64,000 nt of DNA from Heteronotia binoei (lineage: Eukaryota), in contig NC_083239.1 in assembly GCF_032191835.1 (NCBI RefSeq), positions 56,854,001 to 56,918,000 on the forward strand, in the 5' to 3' direction. Made by a program: the position numbers and the translations under genes. Under the pieces are notes generated by a model, which was not told the origin of the DNA, did not search any database, and was given only the letters and a program-made list of their open reading frames with translations. This document shows, piece by piece, positions 12,304 to 24,300 of this stretch. Position 1 is the stretch's first letter. Each line of letters opens with the position of its first letter.

Positions 12304-15300
12304 ATGGTGGAGGGGAAGGAGGCGGCGGCCAGGGGCATCAGCGACGAGGAGGCCGCGCAGTACGACCGCCAGATCCGCCTCTGGGGGCTGGAGGCGCAGA
12401 AGCGGTGAGGGGGCCGGGGGGGGGGCAGGGGCGGTTGGCTGGCGGGGGCTCCCCTCCCCCTCGAGGCCAGGGGGCGGGGCTTGGGCAGGGGGCGGGGCTT
12501 GGGCGTGAGGGAGGGGCGGGGCGGTTGGCTGGCGGGCTGACTGTAAGTAAGTAAGTAAGTAAAATTTTATTTATATCCCGCCCTCCCCCGCCAGTGCAGG
12601 CTCAGGGCGGCTAACAATATCCATAAGCGAACAATACAGTAGATAAAAACATTAAATTAACATTATTTAAAACCAGTCTCCCCTCCCCCTCGAGGCCAGG
12701 GGGCGGGGCTTGGCCAGGGGGCGGGGCTTGGGCGTGAGGGAGGGGCGGGGCGGTTGGCTGCCGGGGGCTCCCCCCCTCGAGGCCAGGGGGCGGGGCTTGG
12801 GCGTGAGGGAGGGGCGGGTGGTTGGCTGGCGGGCTGACTGGGGGCTCCCCTCCCCCTCGAGGGCTGGGGGCGGGGCTGAGGGAGGGGGCGGGGCCGTGGG
12901 CTGGGGGGCTGCCTCCCGCGGGCCCCGCTGACGTGGGCTCTCCTCTCGTCTCCTCTCCCCTCCTCAGGCTGCGGGCGTCGCGGGTGCTGCTGGTGGGCCT
13001 GCGCGGGCTGGGCGCGGAAGTGGCCAAGAACCTCATCCTGGCGGGCGTGAAGGCGCTCACCCTCCTGGACCCCCAGCAGGTAGGCCCCCCCCCCCATCCC
13101 AGCACTGCGGCCTCGAGGGAAGGAGGCAGCTGTGCCACGCAGGGCCTTCTCCGCAGAAAAGCTGCGGCTCCCTCCCTAGAGCAACACGCCGCCCTCTGGC
13201 TCAGGCCGTCTGCACAGCCACTTCTGCTGAGAGAGGAGGGGCAGCTGGTTGACGTATCAGATATTATGGTGTGTAATCATTACAAGCTTGTGCAAGACAT
13301 CCAGCAACAACGCCAAAAGTAGGACATACATTTCCCCCCCTTGGATTGAAAGATATCATTCAATCACATGAACCTATGAAGCTGCCTTCTACTGATTCAC
13401 ACCCTCCTTCAGTCAGTCTTGTCTGCTCAGACTGGCAGCGGCTCTCCAGGGTCTCATGCCTACTTGCCTGGACCCTTTTCAGCTGGAGATGCTGGGGATT
13501 GAACCTGGACCTTCTAATTACCAAGCAGATGCTCTACCACAGAGCCACTGTCCCTTCCCAAAGAGTTGTGAACCTATGAAGCTGCCTTCTACTGAATCAG
13601 ACCCCCCCTGGGTCCATCAAAGTCAGTCTTGTCCACTAAGACTGGCAGCAGCTCTCCAGGGTCTCAAGCGGAGGTTTTTCACGCCTATTTGCCTGGACCG
13701 TTTTTTGGAGATGCCGAGGATTGAACCTGGGACCTTCTGCTTACCAAGCAGATGCTCTACCACTGAGCCACAGCCCCATTCATGGCTCTCCAGGGTCTCA
13801 AGCTGAGGTTTTTCATGCCTACTTGCCTGGACCCTTTTGAGTTGGAGATGCTGGGGATTGAACCTGGGACCTTCTGCTTACCAAGCAGTTGCTCTACCAC
13901 TGAGCCACTGTCCCTTCCCAAAGAGTTGTGAACCTATGAAGCTGCCTTCTACTGAATCAGACCCCCCTTGGTCCATCAAAGTCAGTATTGTCTACTCAGA
14001 CTGGCTGCAGCTCTCCAGGGTCTCATGCCTACTTGCCTGGACCCTTTTCAGTTGGAGATGCCAGGGATTGAACCTGGGACCTTCTGCTTACCAAGCAGAT
14101 GCTCTACCACAGAGCCACTGTCCCTTCCCAAAGAGTTGTGAACCTATGAAGCTGCCTTCTACTGAATCAGACCCCCCTTGGTCCATCAAAGTCAGTATTG
14201 TCTACTCAGACTGGCTGCAGCTCTCCAGGGTCTCATGCCTACTTGCCTGGACCCTTTTCAGTTGGAGATGCCAGGGATTGAACCTGGGACCTTCTGCTTA
14301 CCAAGCAGATGCTCTACCACTGAGCCACCATCCCTCCCCCAAATCTTTTGTTTGGCCAATTTTTTTTTAAATTATTATTTCAGGCCATGGCTATTAAGAT
14401 ACTCTTAAAACCACTTAAGTCTTGGCAACAGATACTCTTGAATTATTTATCGATGAATAAACAACATAGACTCCAAGCTTTCACATTATACTGGCACTCA
14501 CATAAAGGTGGTATGCATTTTCTAGATATCATAGATTATTATAATACAACACATTTGTCAAAAATTATTATAATGTTAAGAGCAGACAACGCCTGATTGG
14601 ATAACTTCTCAATGAATATATTTCTCCTCATTCTATTAAAGAAACAATTTGGCAACAATCAGCTGGGAGACTCAGCACACTAAATTCTAACAAGTTTTTA
14701 ACACCCATATTGAATGTCTGGGATGAACTAAGGGCATTTCTAGATCTTCCTACTACACAGGGCAGCAGTGGTACCCTCCTGGCATAAATATTAAAAAAAT
14801 AAGGATCTACGTAGAGCAGGATTGAAAAGATTTGACAGACAAAAACAAATTTATGGATAAAACTATTTTGGAGACAGAAATGCAAACTTCAATTAGTTGG
14901 TATAGATATCATCAGTTAACCCATCATTTATACTCAGCTATCTATATGATATCCAGGAAACACCTCTTAACAGAATTAAAACTTATAATAAAGCAAGCAG
15001 ACTCCTGTGCTAAAGGCATCATTTCAAAATTATATCAACTTTTAGAGCTAAGGAAGCAAGACAAACCTCTTCTATCAACAACAATGACAAAAAGAATGTA
15101 AAATTTCATTAAATTCTGCTTGTTGGGACAAAATTTGGAATTCATTTGAAAAGACTACAAGTATTACATGAATTAAATCCCAGACTTTAAAACTTATGTC
15201 TTTTTGGTATTCTACACCATGACAGTTATCGTATGTTACTAGAGGAACTCCACCACTTTGTTGGGAAAACTGTTCGCAGATTGGTACATATTCTCATCAT

Positions 15301-18300
15301 TGGTTATGGTGCCCAAAGATTTATTCATATTGGACGCAGATATTGTAAATAATTAAAACCATAACAGGGATACCTTTGTCTTTAATTCCTGAAATTATTT
15401 TATTGAACTATAGAGAAAAAGTTCAGGTGTTACCTGTAATGAATAGTTTTATTGATCTTTGTGGCTAAACTAGCAAGAGCTCAAAAATGGAAACTAGATG
15501 CAGCCCCTAATTTAACATGGCATTCATATATAATGGCTAAATTTATGAACGTCTAAAATAGAGCTAGAAACAGAAAATAAAAACTTTATTACAATATGGT
15601 ACCCAGTTTTAGATTATCTTCAAACGCAAAAGGAAATTCCTGATACTCTCTCAGTTTTATATCTGGTAATAATAATATGATTTTATTGAGCAATATTTTG
15701 ACTTATGTAAGGTTGTGAATTTTATTGTTTAAATTATTATTAGTCGTACAAATATTGTGTAAAAATCTTGACGGTCCTAATTTTTATGTTTAAGTTTAGA
15801 TGTTTACGTATGATTTTATTTAATTTTGCTTATCTTTTCTTTGTTATATAACAAGATTTAAAATTCAGTAAACTATATTTGAAAAGAGAGAGAGAGAGAG
15901 GTATAGGTAACACTTCCTGTTGCCGGATCTTAGAATCACAGAGTTGGAAGGGGCTCTAGAGGCCATCTAGTCCAGCCCCCTGCTCGGTGCAGGATCAGTT
16001 TAGAGCAGAGGCGTTGAGCTCATTTGTTGCAAGGACAGGATCGGACTTAAATGTCACTTGTTGGGTAAGCCCATGTGTGTCGTGAATGTAGTGCCAGGTG
16101 CTGGAGACTTGCAGCTGGTGAGCTTGGAGTGGGCGTGTCCTCCTTGCAAGGCCCCGTGGGCTGGGCTGGGGTGGTGCAGAGGAAAACCTGCGTGAGTGGA
16201 CTGGAGAGCCAACAGTGCAGCGCTGGGCAGACCCCACAATGCCTGGTGGGAGGGGCAAACCCTTTACCCAGCCTGCTGTCAATGCTGTGAGCCTGGGCCC
16301 CAGGGTAAAATAAAATCATGAAGTGGGTGGGTGTTGCGAGCTCTCTGCTGCCCTGAGCAGCCATGGGAAGGGTCTGGGAAGGTAGGCTGAACTCACATCC
16401 CCCCCCCTGCCTGCAGAAGTGGGGAGGGGGTGGTGGCCCAGGGGCCAGGCCACGTGGGGTGGCGGGGCTGAGCCCAGCAAAGGCTAATAAGCTGGAGACA
16501 CCTGAGTGGCCGTGGTTGCCTGTTCCCAAGGCCGCCGGGCAGTCTGTGGTGGGGCGAGACTGAAGGTTCAAGCCAGACTTTGTCAGCAAGCCACTCCACC
16601 CAATGTGTTGGCAGCTGCCCCAGATGGAAGGCTAGTGGCTTGTCTGATAGGGAAGTGACCACCACACGCTCAAGGCTGTGCATGTGGCAGAGGCCCAAGC
16701 CACACAGTGACCAGTAGAGGCAGAGAGCAGCCCCCGTGAGGCAACTGAAGGCCACCGGGGGAGGAAGGTCTGACTGCCGAGCTGCTTGCTCAGGGGCAGG
16801 GCGAGGCTCCCGATGTGTGGAAGAAACTGCCAAAGCCCTGCTGGCAGATGGCGTGTCTGTGGCAGCACTGGCCACCAGCAGGCCCCAGCAGAGGATCTTC
16901 TGCAAGCCTGATCCCCGTAGCACCCCTGGAGCTGCATCCTCACCTTGGAACCCTGAGTCACCTGGACTGCGGCTTCAGAGGCTCCCAACTCACTGGCGAG
17001 GCTGCCACTGAAGCGAAGGCGTCCTGAACGACCACTGCAGACGAGCATGTTCCGCTGGCCCGGCCCACTTCATAAGAACATAAGAGAGGCCATGTTGGGT
17101 CAGGCCAATGGCCCCTCCAGTCCAACACTGTATCNNNNNNNNNNNNNNNNNNNNNNNNNNNNNNNNNNNNNNNNNNNNNNNNNNNNNNNNNNNNNNNNNN
17201 NNNNNNNNNNNNNNNNNNNNNNNNNNNNNNNNNNNNNNNNNNNNNNNNNNNNNNNNNNNNNNNNNNNNNNNNNNNNNNNNNNNNNNNNNNNNNNNNNNCT
17301 GATGGACCTCTGCTCCATATTTTTATCTAACCCCCTCTTGAAGCTGGCTATGCTTGTAGCTGCCACCACCTCCTGTGGCAGTGAATTCCACATGTTAATC
17401 ACCCTTTGGGTGAAGAAGTACCTCCTTTTATCCGTTCTAACCTGACTGCTCAGCTATTTCATTGAATGCCCACGAGTTCTTGTATTGTGAGAAAGGGAGA
17501 AAAGTACTTCTTTCTCTATGTTCTCCATCCCATGCATAATCTTGTAAACCTCTATCATTTCACCCCGCAGTCGACGTTTCTCCAAGCTAAAGAGCCCCAA
17601 GCATTTTAACCTTTCTTCATAGGGAAAGTGTTCCAAACCTGTAATCATTCTAGTTGCCCTTTTCTGCACTTTTTCCAATGCTATAATATCCTTTTTGAGG
17701 TGCGGTGACCAGAATCGCACACAGTATTCCAAATGAGACCACACCGATTTATACAGGGGCATTATGATACTGGCTGATTTGTTTTCAATTCCCTTCCTAA
17801 TAATACCCAGCATGGCGTTGGCCTTTTTTATTGCAATCACACGCTGTCTTGACATTTTTAGTGAGTTATCTACCATGACCCCAAGATCTCTCTCTTGGTC
17901 AGTCTCTGCCAGTTCACACCCCATCAACTTGTATTTGCAGCTGGTATTCTTGGCCCCAATGTGCATTACTTTGCACTTGGCCACATTGAACCTCATCTGC
18001 CACGTTGACGCGCACTCACCCAGACTCAACAGATCCCTTTGGAGTTCCTCACAAACTTCTCTGGTTCTTACCACCCGGAACAATTTAGTGTCATCCGCAA
18101 ACTTGGCCACTTCACTGCTTACTCTCAACTCCAAATCATTAAAGAGCATGGGACCCAGTACTGAGCCCTGCGGCACTTCACTGCTTACGGTCCTCCACTG
18201 CGAAGACTGCCCATTTATACTCACTCTCTGCTTCCTATTAATTAGCCAGTTTTTGATCCACAAGAGGACCTGTCCTTTTACTCCATGACTCTCAAGCTTA

Positions 18301-21300
18301 CTAAGGAGCCTTTGATGAGGAGCTTTATCAAAAGCTTTCTGGAAGTCAAGGTAAACAATATCTATCAGGTCTCCTTTGTCCACATGTTTGTTCACCCCCT
18401 CAAAGAAATGTAACAGGTTAGTGAGGCAAGATCTTCCCTTACAGAACCCATGCTGAGTCTTCCTCAATAACTCGTGTTCATCAATGTGCCTACTCATTCT
18501 GTCCTTGAAAATGGTTTCTACCAACTTTCCCGGTATTGAAGTCAGACTGACTGGCCTGTAGTTACCCGGATCTCCTCTGGAACCCTTTTTAAAGATGGGG
18601 GTGACATTTGCTACCTTCCAGTCCTCAGGGACGGAGGCAGATTTCAATGAAAGATTACATATTTTTGTCAGGAAATCCACAACTTCACCTTTGAGTTCTT
18701 TCAGAACTCTTGGATGTATGCCATCCAGACCTGGTGACTTATTAGTTTTTAATTCGTCCATCAGTTGTAGGACCTCCTCTCTTGTCACCTCAATCTGGCT
18801 CAGGTCTTTCAACACCCCTTCCAATAGAAGTGGTTCCAGAGCAGGCAAACACTTCTCATCTTCCACAGTGAAGACGGAGGCAAAAAATTCATTTAGCTTC
18901 TCAGCCATTTCCCTATCCTCCTTCAGTAATCCTTTGACCCCTTGGTCATCCAAGGGCCCCACTGCCTCCCTGGCTGGTTTCCTGCTTCTAATATATTTGA
19001 AGAAATTTTTATTGTTGGGCTTTATGTTTTTTGCAATATGCTCCTCATAGTCCCTTTTTGCCTGCCTGATCACAGTCTTGCATTTGATTTGCCACTGCCT
19101 GTGTTCCCTTTTACTAATCTCACTTGGACTAGCTCTCCACCACTTAAAGGAGTCCTCCTTACCTTTTACAGCTTCCATTACTTTGTTTGTTAACCATGCA
19201 GGCCTTCTTTTATACCTGTTTGTACCTTTCCTAACTTGTGGTATATATTTTATCTGAGCTTCTAGGATTGTATTTTTAAATAGCCTCCAATATTTTTAAA
19301 CTTCCTCCCACCCCAGCAGTCTCCTCTTCCCTCTTTCACAGCAGTTGCTCGCTCGTGGGGAGGATAGGAGCCCTGAATGGGCCTTGTGTTTGACAGCCAT
19401 CTCCTAGAGCATCCCTGGCAAGTGTTCGTCCAGCCGCTGCTTGTAGACTGCCGGCGAAGGGGAGCTCATTGCCTCCCTGGGCAGCCAATTCCACTGCTCG
19501 ACTGTTCTTACTGCACCCCGCCCCCCAGTATCCACCCACTAACTTTCTGCCTGTAATTTAAACCCATTACTGTGAGTTCCTGGATCCACCATGCATGGTC
19601 CGGGGAGAGAGTCCTTCCAAAGGAAATGCGCGTTGGGCTCTCAGGCCACAAGGTGGCGCTTCCCGGTTGCTGGGGCTGCTAGCGGGCAGCAGGGGAGGGA
19701 GGGAGGCTTTGCAAGGAATCCAGAGGGGAGGGCTGGGAAGTCCTGCTGGTGCCCATGTCCCCTCCAAGGCCACTCCGCAGGGCCGGCATTTCTGGTCCTG
19801 AAGCAGCACAGAGGCATTTGTTTGCCCTCTTCTGGCAGGGCTCTGGTTCCTCATGTGGCTGCATAATGAGCAAGGCAAGCCTTATGGAACTCTCCCTGAT
19901 GAATTGCCTGAACTTTTGCAAGTCACGCTGCTAATAGAGGCACAGGAGCCCCTGCCGGAGAATAGGCAGACTCTCTAGAGAGCTCTCTTTGCTTTTTGCT
20001 GGTAACCTCAACAGGCGTGGAAACCACTGAAGCGCTGCCTATTGTGGGCTCGTTTCTGGCCTTTGGAGGGGTCTCCCTCTGCCCAGCGCAGTTGTGGGAG
20101 GATGGCATGCCTGCCCTGAGGCTATGGGGAAGCAGCGCCTGGCTCTGGAGAGCAGCAGCCCCAGGCACATCTCTGGCAGCTGAAGCCAGCCTCTTCGGCA
20201 CGAGTCTTCCCTCGACTTCTGCAACAGCGTGTTGGCTGACAGACAGGAAGGACGCCCTCAGTGCTGCCTCTCTTCAACGGAATGCTGCTCTGCGTGTTGC
20301 TTTTCTGTTTAACCAAGAAGCAATCATACTGCTGTGGTGGTGCCATGTATCCTGGAGGTCTTCCAGAGCTGGCTAACCTGATGTCTGGAATCTCTCCCAC
20401 TGCTGAAGTGTTACTGGGAGCTTTGCCGTTTCCAAGGAGAGGAGGAGGCCTTGCTTGCTGATCTCTGCGCTCTTCCTCAGGTGTCACCAGAAGATACCCA
20501 GACGCAGTTCCTGATCCCTTTGGGCTCCGTGGGCAAGAACAGGGCCGAAGCTTCCCTGGAGCGGGCTCGGGACCTGAACCCCATGGTTGACGTGAAAGCA
20601 GACCAGGAGGACGTGGGGCAGAAACCGGAGGCCTTCTTCACCCGCTTTGATGTGGTGGGTCCAGGGAGGAAGGTGGGGGGTGCCTGGCTCAGGCTGCAAG
20701 GGGGGTGGGGGCATGCCGGCTTCTATGAACCCCTCCAGCATTTGGGTGTATTTCTGGCCTTGTGGTCCCACCTTTCCCTGCTCTCAGAGTCACTTGCATC
20801 TTGTTAAAAGACACAGTCTAATGTAAATCCAGCAATTCAGGACTGCAAAGGTAAACACCTTTTATAGCTTTAAAGCTCCCTTTAATTGATTTGTGTATTA
20901 AAACGTTTACATCTCTCCTTTCCTCATGGTTCAGGACGGTCCTTCAGTCTTTACAAAAGCTGAATAGCAAAGTTGCCAGCTTCCAGGGAGCCAATGCTAG
21001 GAGGCTAGTGCCCCCCTCCCCAAAAGTCCCCTTGTTCTCTTGGTTCCAGGCTGAATGTGATCTGGAGGCAGGCAGGCTCCTTTGGAGAGAAGCCCCCAGC
21101 CCCAAAATGACATAGCAGCACCTCAGATTGCAAGACCCACCTGTTGCCTGTCCTGGATATAAGCAAACCAAAATAAGGATCATGCATTGGAGGGATTGAG
21201 AACAAGCTGAAGCTTCCGTGAGCACCAGCCTCTGAACAAACACTCAGACTTCTTAAAGATAGAGATCAAATATTTCGTTGAGATTTCCTGTGCAAATAAC

Positions 21301-24300
21301 ATGAGAAATCTCTCATCGCAAGTACTTTAGCTGTGCATTCTTTACCTTCTATCACTTTTTTGTATGGAAGCAGAAGTTCTTCTGCAAAAAATGTATAAAA
21401 TTCCTCCGGAAAGCCATCCAGACCAGGAGCTTTATTATTTTTCTGTATTCTCATCATATTGACAATTTCTTGGATTGTTATCATTGCAGCTAGGGTCTCT
21501 CTTAAATCCCCGTGTAAAGTTTCAATAGTCTGTAGGTAGCCTACAGGTACTTCTTAGTCTTATATTATACTTGAAGTGGAAAGCTGCAGAAAACATTGTG
21601 AAGCAAGGAGAAGAAGTACCAACTTGTTGCTATAAAAGGTGTGTCCGTGGAAGATTGAATTTCGGAAGTTGTTGAAGATCTCGCTACAAATAATGCTGTG
21701 GACTGGGATTCACCTATGAAAGATTGGGTATCTATGGACTATTGACATTTTACATGGGATTCTCTGTTCTAGCTTAAGAACATAAGAGAAGCCATGTTAA
21801 ATCAGGCCAATGGCCCATCCAGTCCAACACTCTGTGTCACACAGTGGTTATATACACACACACACACTCTGTGGCTAATAGCCACTGATGGACCTCTGCT
21901 CCATATTTTTATCTAAACCCCTCTTGAAGGTGGCCATGCTTGTGGCTGCCACCACCTCCTGTGGCAGTGAATTCCACATGTTCATCACTCTTTGGGTGAA
22001 GAAGTACTTCCTTTTATCCGTTTTAACCTGTCTGCTCAGCAATTTCATCGAATGCCCACGAGTTCTTGTATTGTGAGAAAGGGAGAAAAGTACTTCTTTC
22101 TCTACTTTCTCCATCCCATGCATTATCTTGTAAACCTCTATCATGTCACCCCGCAGTCGACGTTTCTCCAAGCTAAAGAGTCCCAAGCGTTTCAACCTTT
22201 CTTCATAGGGAAAGTGTTCCAGCCCTTTAATCATTCTAGTTGCCCTTTTCTGGACTTTCTCCAATGCTATAAAATCCTTTTTGAGGTGTGGCGACCAGAA
22301 CTGCACACAGTACTCCAAATGAGACTGCACCATCGATTTATACAGGGGCATTATGATACTGGCTGATTTGTTTTCAATTCCCTTCCTAATAATTCCCAGC
22401 ATGGCGTTGGCCTTTGTTATTGCAAACGCACACTGTCTTGACATTTTCAGTGAGTTATCTACCACGACCCCAAGATCTCTCTCTTGGTCAGTCTCTGCCA
22501 GTTCACACCCCATCAACTTGTATTTGTAGCTGGGATTCTTGGCCCCAATGTGCATTACTTTGCACTTGGCCACATTGAACCGCATCTGTTTATTCCATGT
22601 TCATCTGAAAGTACTTGTAATGAAAGGTACTTCATGTGATTTGCATAGGAAATCTCAATGAAATACTTGATCTCTATCTTGTAGGTAGCCTCTGGTTGTT
22701 TGGAGGCTGGTGTCCTGGATATGGCAGGGGAGGGGTGAACGGCTCCTGTGGCGGGGGGGGGGGGGGGGGGCTTGAGCCCAGATGGTGCCCACCAGCTCTG
22801 CCATAGAGACAGAAGCCGTGGAGAGGGAGCACCAGCCGAGATGGTGGGCAATGGGTGATCTTGTGAATTTGGCTCTGAACCAAAGTTCTCCATCTGATGG
22901 CCTGGTGGTGGCGGGGGGGGGGGGGGTTCAGTCCAGCACCTGCTCTGGGCATCACCCTGGGGGTGTTGGTCTTTCTCTCTCCAGGTCTGTCTGACATGCT
23001 GCTCCCAGGAAGTCCTGATGAAAGTGGACCAAATATGCCACAAGAACGGCATCAAATTCTTTGCAGGCGATGTCTTTGGCTACCATGGCTATATGTTTGC
23101 TGACTTGGGTGAACATGAGTTTGTGGAGTGAGTCTGGGGTTGGGAAGCAATGCTGGGGCCGGGGGGGGGGGGAGGGAGGAGGTTCCTGAGAAGGTCCACT
23201 ATGTAGCAGCTTCCACCTGTGGGGCTTCTGGGTCCCCAAGGGGGGGCCTTTGCTTTGAGTCCACTTGTGCTCTTCTCTGTGGAAGGAGCCATCCTGCCTG
23301 CCTGGGTCTCCATGGCCCTTCTGAAGAGGGTCCTACTCCCCCACCCCTGCCTCCCTCGCTCCCAGGAGAGGAGGAGAGAGTTGTGTGTTCATCTGTCTCT
23401 GTGCCTGCAGAGAGAAGGCCAAGCCAGCCAAAGCCAGCCAGCCTGTGGAGGATGGGCCTGATGCGAAGAAGGCCAAGCTGGACTTCATGGAGACCACCAT
23501 GGTGAAGAAGGTGGGTGGAGAGCCCCCCCCCGGGGTCCCTGGAGGAGGACTTGGCTTTTTGCCACTTGTGCTGGAGAAGTTGGCGGGCTGCTATTTTGGA
23601 AGTGCCCTCCCTCCATGCAGCTGCCTGTCATTCTCTGGGCTTCGTCCAAAGAATGCTGTGGGGCTGAGCCCTCCCGTGGCTTCCAGGCACGCCTGCCCTT
23701 GTCCCAGGGGGTTCATTGGGAATGCCTCTCCTTCTTTGTCCCTCTGCTTTGTCCCTCCCTTTCCCTTTGAGAGTCTGGTTGTTGCCAAGGAATGCTGCAT
23801 GGCTCCTCTCACAGGAAATGGCCTGGCTGTAGTGGAGTGATGGTGGCCTTGTGGTGGGCAGTTGCAGTCCCCTGTTGCCCTCCAAGGGAAGGGAGAGCAG
23901 GGCCTGCGCCTGCAGCGGCCTCCTTGAAGGGGTGGGAGAGGAGGAGGCCCTTTGGCAGCTGGCAGGGGAGTTCTCTGCCCAGCAGGTCTGGAGGCTGCCA
24001 CTGGGGTAGGGAGTAGGGGTGTGCAGAAAAAAAAAATCGGTATTACACGGATTCGGAAGTGTACAGGGAAAAAAAATTCGGAATCCCCGTATACTGCTGA
24101 ATACCACATTCAGAATAGCCGCATATGCGGTAGATGCGCGGCTATTTCCGAATATACGGTCCTATTATACCCTATGGGCCATTGAAATCAATGGCAGATA
24201 GGGTATATTTGAAGCCGCCTGGAGGGGAGGTGGTTTGAGGGAGAGCCCCCAAATTTGCAGGGGACTCTCCCCTCCAACCCCCCCAAGTCCCAAAAAGATT

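Noticed and set aside
13500-14335. tRNA gene cluster
   Set aside because: The tRNA-like heads lack a proper acceptor stem and 3' end and run into SINE body sequence.
16000-17050. Overlapping 130-180 aa ORFs in SAE1 intron 2
   Set aside because: No recognisable motif or repeat hallmark; consistent with chance in GC-rich intron.
17454-19178. Host or retroviral reverse transcriptase gene
   Set aside because: It is a 5'-truncated CR1 ORF2 with small deletions, a CR1 tail, no LTRs and no endonuclease domain.
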